Source: an uncultured beta proteobacterium (GTDB lineage Bacteria > Pseudomonadota > Gammaproteobacteria > Burkholderiales > Burkholderiaceae_C). From it: a stretch of DNA of 35,384 nucleotides. Below are positions 1 to 8,487 of this stretch, piece after piece. The stretch is taken from NCBI GenBank assembly GCA_903885415.1, contig CAISIP010000228.1, positions 1 through 35,384 on the forward strand, given 5' to 3'. The first letter of the stretch is position 1. The number at the start of each line of letters is the position of its first letter. The translations under genes and the position numbers were made by a program. The notes under the pieces are model-generated. The model saw only the letters and a list, made by a program, of their open reading frames with translations, made no database searches and was not told where the DNA came from.

Positions 1-405
<405 letters not shown>

Positions 406-427
406 GCCTGGGTCGCCGCGGCCAAGT

Positions 428-454
428 GCCGGCCAGCGCAGCAACTGCGCCGGC
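428..454. terminator. GC-rich hairpin between convergent frmA and infA; possible terminator or RNA stabiliser
   Basis: GCGCAG-caa-CTGCGC stem (436-450), extendable by GCCGG/CCGGC. No U-tract on either strand. Confidence 0.3.
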
Positions 455-458
455 GAAC

Positions 459-710
459 TCAGCGTTGCGCGGTGGGGCCGGGGCCACGGCCGGCAATATG
501 CCTGAAAGTGATTCGGCCCTTGCTAAGGTCGTAGGGCGACAGCTCTATCGACACCTTGTCGCCCGCGATAATCCGGATATGATGCTTGCGCATCTTGCCA
601 CCGGTGTAGGCCACTAGCTGGTGCCCGTTATCCAGCGTCACGCGAAAGCGCGAGTCGGGCAGTACCTCTGTCACCAGCCCGCTCATTTCGATCAATTCCT
701 CTTTGGCCAT
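459..710 (-). CDS. infA: Translation initiation factor IF-1 (stand-alone paralogue with C-terminal extension)
   Basis: [30 protein letters not shown]...[33 protein letters not shown] is the IF-1 signature. AGGAG upstream; alternative ATG at 716. Confidence 0.95.
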   Translation of the reverse strand: MAKEELIEMSGLVTEVLPDSRFRVTLDNGHQLVAYTGGKMRKHHIRIIAGDKVSIELSPYDLSKGRITFRHIAGRGPGPTAQR

Positions 711-929
711 GGCCATCTATCTCCTGGGTTTCCAACAACAAATTCGGGCTGCGCGCGGCCGGCTGCGATGCGATTTTGAAGCCGACGGATACCATTGCGC
801 GTGGGCCCTGCAAGCGCAGCGAATCCGCTGGCGTCGCCACGAGGGCAGTCCGGATCATAAAAAGTGCGAAGCCGCCCTTGATGCACGGAGGACCCACCCG
901 GTTGCTGGCCTGTGGTCCATAACCCACAG

Positions 930-935
930 AGTATA
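930..935 (-). promoter_or_regulatory. Putative sigma70 -10 element for infA
   Basis: TATACT on the minus strand in the divergent infA/ygiD spacer. No good -35 at 17 bp. Confidence 0.4.
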
Positions 936-1013
936 CCGCCTAGCCGAACGGCAACCAGACGGCGCCCTCTGCTCCAGGCTCCGACCACGCCAAACTTCAA
1001 CACGCACCCGCCC

Positions 1014-1862
1014 ATGAGCACCGCCCCTATCCGCCATCCCGCAACCACGATACAGGCGAATGCGCTGCGACCGTCGGCGCGCCTTCCCGTCATTTTTCTG
1101 GGCCACGGCAGCCCGATGAATGCGATTGAAGACAACCCATTTCGTAGCAGCTGGCAGGCACTGGGGGCGGAACTGGCACAACGCTACGAAAAGCCGCAAC
1201 TGATCCTCTGCGTGTCGGCGCACTGGCTCACCAGCGGCTGGTGGCTGACAGCGATGTCGCAACCCAGGACCATTCATGACTTCGGCGGCTTTCCCCGCGC
1301 CTTGTTTGACCAGCGCTACGCCGCTCCAGGTGCGCCCGATGTGGCGCAGCACATCAGTAACGAATTCAGTCCGGCGCTGGGACTCGACCAAGGTTGGGGT
1401 CTGGACCATGGCGCCTGGTCGGTGCTCAAGCCGATGTTTCCCGAAGCCGACATACCGGTCGTGCAACTGAGCATGGACTACGGCCAGCCAGCGCAGGCGC
1501 ACTACGCAATGGGGCGACAGCTCAGCGCCCTGCGCGACCGCGGCGTGCTGATCGTCGGCAGCGGCAACGTGGTTCACAACCTGGGCGCGATGAGCCGCTC
1601 CATGACATCGCTGCAGGCTTTCGACTGGTCGCAACAGTTTGACGAAATGGTCGAACGCCAGATCCAGCAGGGCGATCTGGCGGCGCTGGTTCAGTTCCAG
1701 CAACTTGGCGCGGTCGCGGCGAAGGCCCACCCCACCTGGGAACACTACCTGCCGCTGCTGGTCGCCGCCGGAGCCGCAGACGGCGAGGAGCCGGTACGGA
1801 TGTTCAACGCCAGCTTTCAAGGCGGGTCGATTTCGATGCGCTCGGCCATCTGGGGCGGATAA
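1014..1862 (+). CDS. ygiD: 4,5-DOPA extradiol dioxygenase (LigB family)
   Basis: Motifs PVIFLGHGSPMNAI, CVSAHW, TIHDFGGFP, WGLDHGAWSVL, PVVQLS, GSGNVVHNL and AHPTWEHYLPLL. Start placed at ATG 1014. Confidence 0.92.
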   Translation: MSTAPIRHPATTIQANALRPSARLPVIFLGHGSPMNAIEDNPFRSSWQALGAELAQRYEKPQLILCVSAHWLTSGWWLTAMSQPRTIHDFGGFPRALFDQRYAAPGAPDVAQHISNEFSPALGLDQGWGLDHGAWSVLKPMFPEADIPVVQLSMDYGQPAQAHYAMGRQLSALRDRGVLIVGSGNVVHNLGAMSRSMTSLQAFDWSQQFDEMVERQIQQGDLAALVQFQQLGAVAAKAHPTWEHYLPLLVAAGAADGEEPVRMFNASFQGGSISMRSAIWGG

Positions 1863-1871
1863 TCGCAGGCC

Positions 1872-2756
1872 ATGGAATTCAACTCCCAGATCGTCACCAC
1901 GCCGCCCCGCCCTGCGGCGACCATTGTCATGCTGCGCGACGGCGCCGATGGCCTGGAGGTATTCCTGCTCAAGCGCCACGGCCTTTCTGACGTGCTGGGC
2001 GGGGTCCATGTTTTTCCGGGTGGGAAGGTCGACCTGCGCGACGCCGAACTCGACATGGACTTGCATCTGGACCGGCCGCAAGACGAACTGCGTGCCAATC
2101 TCGGCGAGCAGGATCTGGATGCGCGGACCGCGGCGGGGCTGTATGTCGCAGCGATCCGAGAGGCCTTCGAAGAGTCCGGGGTCTTGTTCGCGCAGGGTGC
2201 GCGCCAGCAAGACGCGCTGCGCGCGCACGCGCTGTTGCGCGAGGGCCATGCCTTCGACGAAATGCTGGGACGGATGGCGCTTCGTCTGGATTGCGCCGGC
2301 GTGGTCCCATGGTCGCGATGGATCACCCCGACGGTGCCGAGCATGATGACCAAGCGTTTTGACACCCGCTTTTTCGTGGCCGCAGTGCCCGCCGACCAGA
2401 TCGCGCGGCACGACGAGCATGAGACGACCGAGAGCGTGTGGATCGCGCCACGCGCAGCGCTGCACCAGTATTGGGACGGAACCATGCAGTTGGCGGCGCC
2501 GCAGATCATGAGCCTGGCGCACCTGACGCATTACGGTTCGGTTGCTTCGGCGCTGGCCGCTGCGCGGGCTCGCCGGCCACCCGTCGTCGCACCCGAACCC
2601 TTTGACGACGAAGCAGGCCGCGTCATCTGCTATCCGGGTGACGAGCGGCACTCGGTCGCCGAGCGCGCACTGCCCGGTCCAACCCGGTTCTACCTGCGCA
2701 ACAAGCGTTTCGAGCCCGAGGGTGGTTTCGAAGCCCTTTTCAAACCAGCGCTTTAG
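1872..2756 (+). CDS. NUDIX hydrolase (Nudt19-like, split Nudix box)
   Basis: RPAATIVMLRD, HVFPGGKVD...AAIREAFEESG, SRWITP and KRFDTRFF motifs. Confidence 0.88.
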   Translation: MEFNSQIVTTPPRPAATIVMLRDGADGLEVFLLKRHGLSDVLGGVHVFPGGKVDLRDAELDMDLHLDRPQDELRANLGEQDLDARTAAGLYVAAIREAFEESGVLFAQGARQQDALRAHALLREGHAFDEMLGRMALRLDCAGVVPWSRWITPTVPSMMTKRFDTRFFVAAVPADQIARHDEHETTESVWIAPRAALHQYWDGTMQLAAPQIMSLAHLTHYGSVASALAAARARRPPVVAPEPFDDEAGRVICYPGDERHSVAERALPGPTRFYLRNKRFEPEGGFEALFKPAL

Positions 2757-3676
2757 GCCGCCGGATCGGCTACGCCAGCGTAGTTGATCGGCCGGCTGTA
2801 GGCCGGATCGCCGTGCCATTCCCAATAGGTCTGCACCAGCTGCCGGGTTACGGGACCCGGACTGCCGCCACCGATCGCCGACTGGTCCACCCGGGTGACC
2901 GGCAGCACGCCGCCGCCCGAACTCGACAGGAAAACCTCCTGCGCGCAGCGCAGCTCGTCGGCCGGAAGCGCCCTCAACTGCACCGCAAGACCCAGGGAAC
3001 GCGCCATTTCGATCACGGTGCGTCGGGAAATGCCCTCGAGCATGCCCTGGTCGGGCGTCACGATGGCGCCGCCGCTGACGCAAAAGACGTTGAAACCCGG
3101 GCCCTCGACCACATTGCCATGCCGGTCGACCAGCAACACGCTATCGGCACCTGCGTCCAGCGCGCCCAAAAGACCCATCGTCAGGTCGTTCCAGTGGTAG
3201 TTTTTGGCGGTCGGGTCCACCGACGAAGGCGGAATGCGCTGCACGCTGCTGACCATCACATGCAGTCCCTCCTCGCGCTGGCGCTCGGTGGCGAGCCAGA
3301 CGAAAGGGACTGCGAAGGCGAAAAACTGGTTGACCGCCAACCGCGGGTCGCGCGAACCCCATGGAGGCTGGCCGCGGGTGCATCCCATCTCGACATAGGA
3401 GGCACGCAGCCCGCTCAGTCGGACGCATTGCGACAGGACTTCGGTGATCTGCTCCGGGTTCAGGCCAGGGTCTAGGCGCCAGCGCGCGCAACTGCGCATG
3501 AAACGCTCCAGGTGCGCGTCCAGTCGGAAGAATGAGCCGCTCCACACCGTCACCACATCGTAGGTGGCGTCCGATCGAAGAAAGCCCCAGTCGGTAAGCG
3601 GGATCGAAGCCTCCGCTATGGGCTGGTACTGGCCGCGCATATAGGCGACCCCGGCGGCAAATTGGCTGTCTGACAT
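2753..3676 (-). CDS. PLP-dependent class IV aminotransferase, probable (R)-selective amine transaminase
   Basis: Motifs GFLRSDATYDV, FRLDAHLERF, YVEMGCTRG, DPTAKNYHWNDL (PLP Lys), EGPGFNVF, LEGISRRTV and SSSGGGVLPV. Stop overlaps the NUDIX stop by 4 nt. Confidence 0.9.
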   Translation of the reverse strand: MSDSQFAAGVAYMRGQYQPIAEASIPLTDWGFLRSDATYDVVTVWSGSFFRLDAHLERFMRSCARWRLDPGLNPEQITEVLSQCVRLSGLRASYVEMGCTRGQPPWGSRDPRLAVNQFFAFAVPFVWLATERQREEGLHVMVSSVQRIPPSSVDPTAKNYHWNDLTMGLLGALDAGADSVLLVDRHGNVVEGPGFNVFCVSGGAIVTPDQGMLEGISRRTVIEMARSLGLAVQLRALPADELRCAQEVFLSSSGGGVLPVTRVDQSAIGGGSPGPVTRQLVQTYWEWHGDPAYSRPINYAGVADPAA

Positions 3677-3778
3677 AGGTCAACTCCTGCACTGGTTCGA
3701 AACACCATTATCAAACGCACGCCAGACGGCACGCTGCGGGTGGTTCCGGCGACCACAGGCCATCTTCAAGGGAATTTC

Positions 3779-4264
3779 ATGAGCGTCCTGGTCGGAATCG
3801 ACATCGATCGCGCATTCGCCGTGCAGGCGGCTCCATCAGAGGTCTTCCGGGTTCTTGCCGACGTGCCCGAGTCGGCGAGCCATTTCCCGAAATTGCAGCG
3901 CCTGGTCGATCTGGGAAACAGCGTATACCGATGGGAAATGGAAAAAATGGGACTGGGCCCATTCAGCTTGCAAACCGTCTACGCATCGCGATACGTCTGG
4001 AACCGGGCCAAGCGAACGGTGGCATGGACACCGGTTGAGGGCGAGGGCAACGCGCTGGTTTCCGGCAGCTGGAAGATCAGCCCCAATGCCGGATCTCCGC
4101 AACCAAAGTCGACCCGGTTGCTACTGCGCATCAGTGGCCAGATTGAACTGTCGCTGCCGCGCCTGATGCAAGGGGTTGCGGCGCCGTTGGTGCGACTGGA
4201 GTTCGAAAGCCTTGTCGGACAGTATGTCGCCAACCTGACGGGGCGCTTCGGCGGCGCAGCCTGA
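3779..4264 (+). CDS. SRPBCC (CoxG/polyketide cyclase-like) lipid or ligand-binding family protein
   Basis: N-terminal V.A.P.EVF..LADVPESASHFP pattern, central beta-rich region and C-terminal helix. ATG at 3779. Confidence 0.75.
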   Translation: MSVLVGIDIDRAFAVQAAPSEVFRVLADVPESASHFPKLQRLVDLGNSVYRWEMEKMGLGPFSLQTVYASRYVWNRAKRTVAWTPVEGEGNALVSGSWKISPNAGSPQPKSTRLLLRISGQIELSLPRLMQGVAAPLVRLEFESLVGQYVANLTGRFGGAA

Positions 4265-4276
4265 ACCTACGGGAGA

Positions 4277-4786
4277 CTAAAGATTGCGCGTCAGCCGGAT
4301 TTCCTGTATCCGAACGCCAGCCGCGGCGGCTGTTCGCGCGGTGGCAGGTTCACGCTTGAAGCCGGCAAGTTCGTGAAAGCGCAGCGCACGGTCGTTGCTC
4401 AGCCCCAGCCAGATCGACACATTCGTGCAGCCTTCCTCGAGCAGGCCCTCGCGTGCCGCGTCCCACAGCGCCAACCCGACACCCTGACCCCAAAAGGCGG
4501 GCGACACGCAGATGCTCCAGATTTCTCCCATCGTTTGCGCACTTCCCTTGTCACGCGAACGGTCGAACCCGACCATGCCAACCACCTTGTCGCCGTCGCA
4601 AGCCAGTTGCAGTTGGGGCTCGGCGAACTCGACCGCCTCGCGCCAGAAGCGCTGACGCTTTTCAAGCTCCGGCGGAGTCAGCGACGGCGGAGGGTTCTCG
4701 AGCAGTGCCGCTTCGGCAGACGAATGGAGTTCCGCAATGGCACGGGCGTCACGCAAGGTGGCCGGGCGAATCAGGCAGCTGGACAT
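4277..4786 (-). CDS. GNAT family N-acetyltransferase
   Basis: IRPAT..DA.AIA, GEIWSICVSPAFWGQGVG (acetyl-CoA motif A) and NDRALRFHELAGF. Confidence 0.9.
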   Translation of the reverse strand: MSSCLIRPATLRDARAIAELHSSAEAALLENPPPSLTPPELEKRQRFWREAVEFAEPQLQLACDGDKVVGMVGFDRSRDKGSAQTMGEIWSICVSPAFWGQGVGLALWDAAREGLLEEGCTNVSIWLGLSNDRALRFHELAGFKREPATARTAAAAGVRIQEIRLTRNL

Positions 4787-4929
4787 GGGACGGGCAGAAG
4801 AAATTCGATGGCGAAGGCGGGAATGCCGACGCGCGATTGTCGCCGCAAAGCGCGCGCTACGGATCCGGTCGAGGCGGCTGCCTTCATAATCTCGGTTTAT
4901 CTATTCCGCTTTGACAGACCGGCAAACCC

Positions 4930-6567
4930 ATGCGACTCATCAAGCCTCTGAGCACCGTTTTCGCGACCCTGGTGCTGGCGTCGTGCGCCGGCATTCCCGG
5001 CGCCGGGCCCCAGCGCGACAGGACCTACGCCATCACCATCTTGCATACCAATGACCACCACGGAAGGTTTTGGCAAAACGGCGACGGCGAATACGGAATG
5101 GCGGCCCGAAAGACTTTGATCGACACCATCCGCGCCGAGGTGGCACAGGCAGGGGGCTACAGCTTGCTGCTCGATGGCGGCGATGTGAACACCGGCGTTC
5201 CAGAATCGGACCTGCAGGATGCGGTACCCGACTTCAAGGGCATGAACCTGCTCGGCTACGATGCGATGGCCGTCGGCAACCATGAATTCGACAAGCCGCG
5301 CTCGACGCTCAACATGCAGCGCGAACTGGCCCGCTTCCCGATGCTCGCTGCCAACATCTACGAGCGCGGCGAGCGCATGTTTGCGCCATACAAGGTATTC
5401 ACCCTGGGCGATGTGCGCGTCGGCGTCATGGGGCTGACGACCGAGGACACGCACAAGATGGTGAGTCCGGAAAACGTCAAGAACATAGAGTTCCGCAGTG
5501 TCATCGCGGAGGCGGCCAAGGTCGTTCCCGAACTGCGCGCCAAAGCCGACGTCGTCATCGCCACGACGCACATGGGCCATTACCAGGACGGCAACCATGG
5601 AACCCAATCCGAGGGCGACGTCGAGATGGCGCGCGCCGTGCGGGGAATCGATCTGGTGGTCGGCGGCCACACCCAGAACCCGGCCTGCATGAAGGCGGAA
5701 AATCTGATCGACCGCGAATATGTGCCTGGCGCCGAATGCCGGCCAGACCGTCAAAACGGAACCTGGATCGTGCAAGCGCATGAGTGGGGAAAGTATGTAG
5801 GAAGGGCAGACTTCCAGTACCGCAACGGCGCGTTCACGCTGGTGAAGTACGCGTTGTTGCCGGTTAACCTGAAAAAGCCGGTCAAGGACGCGGCGGGAAA
5901 GACCAGCCTGGTGCACTACACCGTGCCGATCGCCGAGAACCCCGAGATGCTCGCGCTGCTCAGGCCCTACCAGGCATTCGGACAGGACAAGCTGATGGTC
6001 GAAATTGGCTCGGCCGCAGCACGCTTCGACGGCGAGCGCAGCCTGATCCGGTCCAGGCCGGCAGCACTGGGCGTGCTGGTCGCGCGCTCGCTGATCGACA
6101 AAACCCGGGCCGACTTTGCGGTCGTCAACGGCGGCAATCTGCGCGACTCCTTGCCCGCCGGCGTACTGACCTACAAAGACATCCTCAAAGTCCAGCCTTG
6201 GGGCAACACCGTCGCGACCGTCGACCTCAGCGGTCAGGAGGTGCTGGATTACCTTGGCGTCGCGGTGAAGATGAGCGCGGGGTCGGGCGCATTCGCGCAC
6301 TTCGACGGCATCCGGCTGCAGATCACTGCGGGGAAACTCAGCCGCGCAAGCATCAAAGGCGCACCCGTTGATCCGGGAAAAATCTACCGTATGGCGATAG
6401 ACAGCTTTCTGGCCAAGGGCGGCGATGGCTACCCGGTCATGACCGGGCACAAGAGCTACACCGACACCGGCTATGTGGACGCCCATCTGCTGCGCGCCTA
6501 CATCGGCGCGCACAGCCCGATCAACCCGGGCGACTATGCGCCAGGAGACGCCGTTCAGCGCCAATAG
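4930..6567 (+). CDS. ushA: Bifunctional UDP-sugar hydrolase / 5'-nucleotidase, predicted lipoprotein
   Basis: Motifs ILHTNDHHG, LLLDGGDVNTGVPESD, GNHEFD, THMGH, GGHTQ, QAHEWGKYVGRADF and GGDGYP. Lipobox LASC at Cys19. Confidence 0.93.
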   Translation: MRLIKPLSTVFATLVLASCAGIPGAGPQRDRTYAITILHTNDHHGRFWQNGDGEYGMAARKTLIDTIRAEVAQAGGYSLLLDGGDVNTGVPESDLQDAVPDFKGMNLLGYDAMAVGNHEFDKPRSTLNMQRELARFPMLAANIYERGERMFAPYKVFTLGDVRVGVMGLTTEDTHKMVSPENVKNIEFRSVIAEAAKVVPELRAKADVVIATTHMGHYQDGNHGTQSEGDVEMARAVRGIDLVVGGHTQNPACMKAENLIDREYVPGAECRPDRQNGTWIVQAHEWGKYVGRADFQYRNGAFTLVKYALLPVNLKKPVKDAAGKTSLVHYTVPIAENPEMLALLRPYQAFGQDKLMVEIGSAAARFDGERSLIRSRPAALGVLVARSLIDKTRADFAVVNGGNLRDSLPAGVLTYKDILKVQPWGNTVATVDLSGQEVLDYLGVAVKMSAGSGAFAHFDGIRLQITAGKLSRASIKGAPVDPGKIYRMAIDSFLAKGGDGYPVMTGHKSYTDTGYVDAHLLRAYIGAHSPINPGDYAPGDAVQRQ

Positions 6568-6667
6568 CGCCCCCGCCCACATACAAGCACCGCAGCGCGT
6601 GTAGCAAAACAGCGAAGCGCAGTCCCACCAGCACCCACCCAAACCAACCCAAGCAAAGGAGCCCGCC

Positions 6668-6808
6668 ATGGCCAAAGGTCAGCAAAAAACCAACAAGGAA
6701 TCCAAGAAGCCAAAGAAGGACACTGCACCGCCCAAGCCGGTATCGCCCGATGCGGTGCGACCGACCATCACCACGGTGGTCCCGATCCGGGGCAAGCTCA
6801 AGAAATAG
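6668..6808 (+). CDS. Small Lys/Pro-rich hypothetical protein, 46 aa (absent from the ORF track)
   Basis: AAGGAG (6656-6661) lies 6 nt before ATG 6668. Translates to MAKGQQKTNKESKKPKKDTAPPKPVSPDAVRPTITTVVPIRGKLKK followed by TAG. Codon style fits the genome. Confidence 0.8.
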   Translation: MAKGQQKTNKESKKPKKDTAPPKPVSPDAVRPTITTVVPIRGKLKK

Positions 6809-6831
6809 CCATTGCCGTACCAGGCCCGCGC

Positions 6832-8487
6832 ATGCTGCGCCGACACAACCCCGCCAAGGGACCGAGTGTGCAACCCGGTTTCGGGCGCCTGCAGCGCGCC
6901 ACAAAACGGACTGCCACGCGCCCGGGGCGTCCGTCAAGGCTTGGCGCAGTGCATGAACTGCGCCAGAGCCAAGAGCGGCTCGCTGCCATCATCAACGCGT
7001 CGCTTGACGCGATCGTCTGCGTCGACGAAAGCCGCCACATCACCATCTTCAACCCGGCTGCCGCCGCGATGTTCGACTGCGCTGCGGCGCAGGCGCTGGG
7101 CAGCCCGCTTGAGCGATTTTTGCCCGACGCGGCGCTGGCACTGGCACGCGACGCGGACGGCGAGCGCACGAAAATGGGTGAGATGCAGGGACGCACCCGT
7201 GCCGGTCGATCGCTTTGCGTAGCCGTGAACCTGTCGGTCCAGAAACGCAGAAAGAGCGCGATCGTGACGCTGTTTATCCGTGACCTCACGGCCCGTAACC
7301 GCATCGAAACCCAGCGCCAGGTCATGGAAGCAAAACTGCGGGAGTCGCAAAAAATGCAGGCCATCGGAACCATGGCCGGTGGCATTGCGCATGACTTCAA
7401 CAACATACTGGCAGCTATTCTGGGCAATGTCGCGCTGGCCAAGGGCGACCTCGGAGACCATGCTGTGGCACGCACCAGCCTGATGGAAATCGAAAAGGCC
7501 GGGCACCGCGCGCGCGATCTGGTGCGGCAGATTCTCGCTTTCAGCCGCAACGACGCACCGCAGCGCAACCCGGTGGACCTGGCCGACGTGGTGCATGAAA
7601 CGGTGCGCCTGCTGCGGGTCACGCTGCCGCCGTCGATCGAACTCAAGGTGCAGATAGCCAAACAGAGGCCCACCGTGCTGGCCGATGCGACCCAGATCGA
7701 GCGGGCGCTGCTGAATCTATGCACCAACGCCGTCCACGCCATAGGCGCCTCCCGGGGAACCATCACCGTGAAGCTCGACAGCACCCGCAGCGAGTCGCTG
7801 CTGCAGGAGCGGCGCGAAACGGCGCGCGGCGACCATGTCAGCCTATCGGTGCGCGACACCGGGACTGGCATGGATCCTCCAACACGCGAACGGATTTTTG
7901 AACCCTTTTTCACCACCAAACCGGTCGGCCAGGGAACCGGGCTCGGGTTGGCGGTGGTGCATGGGGTGATGCAGGCGCACCAGGGTTCGGTAGGCGTCCA
8001 GAGCACGCCCGGCCAGGGCAGCGTGTTCACACTGTATTTTCCGCTGGCCGACGGCGCGCCGGCTGCGCAGCACCGCGCATCCGAACCGAGGGTCACCCCG
8101 GCAGGCCATGGCCAGCATGTGATGTATGTCGACGACGACGAGGCGTTGGTGTTTCTGGTGCAGCGGGCGTTGACCCGTCAGGGCTACCGCGTCAGCGGCT
8201 TCACCGACCCGCATGCGGCATTGGCCACCTTGCGCGCGCATCCGGGGGACGTTGACCTGCTGGTGAGCGACTACAACATGCCGGGCTACTGCGGCATCGA
8301 CCTGCTGCGCGAAGCGCGCCGGCTGCGGCCCGGCCTTAAGCTGGCGATGGCCTCGGGCTACATCAGCTCCGAAATCGAGCAACGGGCAAAGGACGAGGGC
8401 GCCAGCGCGCTTATCCATAAGCCCAACGATGTCGAGGCGCTATGCGAAATCGTACACCGCCTGGTGCAGGGCAGCGGTGCAGACTGA
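6832..8487 (+). CDS. Cytoplasmic PAS-domain hybrid sensor histidine kinase / response regulator (start uncertain)
   Basis: PAS (DAIVCVD...FNPAAAAMF), H-box GIAHDFNN, N-box LLNLCTNA, G1/F/G2 DTGTGM...FEPFFTTK...GTGLGL and REC domain YVDDD...LVSDYNMP...KP. No TM segment. Confidence 0.92.
   Translation: MLRRHNPAKGPSVQPGFGRLQRATKRTATRPGRPSRLGAVHELRQSQERLAAIINASLDAIVCVDESRHITIFNPAAAAMFDCAAAQALGSPLERFLPDAALALARDADGERTKMGEMQGRTRAGRSLCVAVNLSVQKRRKSAIVTLFIRDLTARNRIETQRQVMEAKLRESQKMQAIGTMAGGIAHDFNNILAAILGNVALAKGDLGDHAVARTSLMEIEKAGHRARDLVRQILAFSRNDAPQRNPVDLADVVHETVRLLRVTLPPSIELKVQIAKQRPTVLADATQIERALLNLCTNAVHAIGASRGTITVKLDSTRSESLLQERRETARGDHVSLSVRDTGTGMDPPTRERIFEPFFTTKPVGQGTGLGLAVVHGVMQAHQGSVGVQSTPGQGSVFTLYFPLADGAPAAQHRASEPRVTPAGHGQHVMYVDDDEALVFLVQRALTRQGYRVSGFTDPHAALATLRAHPGDVDLLVSDYNMPGYCGIDLLREARRLRPGLKLAMASGYISSEIEQRAKDEGASALIHKPNDVEALCEIVHRLVQGSGAD

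Noticed and set aside
910-929. LexA (SOS) box
   Set aside because: The spacing is CTGT-N12-ACAG, not the required CTGT-N8-ACAG.
855-3083. 742-aa minus-strand ORF
   Set aside because: Antisense shadow of ygiD and NUDIX. No recognisable motifs, and long shadow ORFs are expected in high-GC coding DNA.
4897-6675. 592-aa minus-strand ORF
   Set aside because: Mirror frame of ushA with no domain signal.
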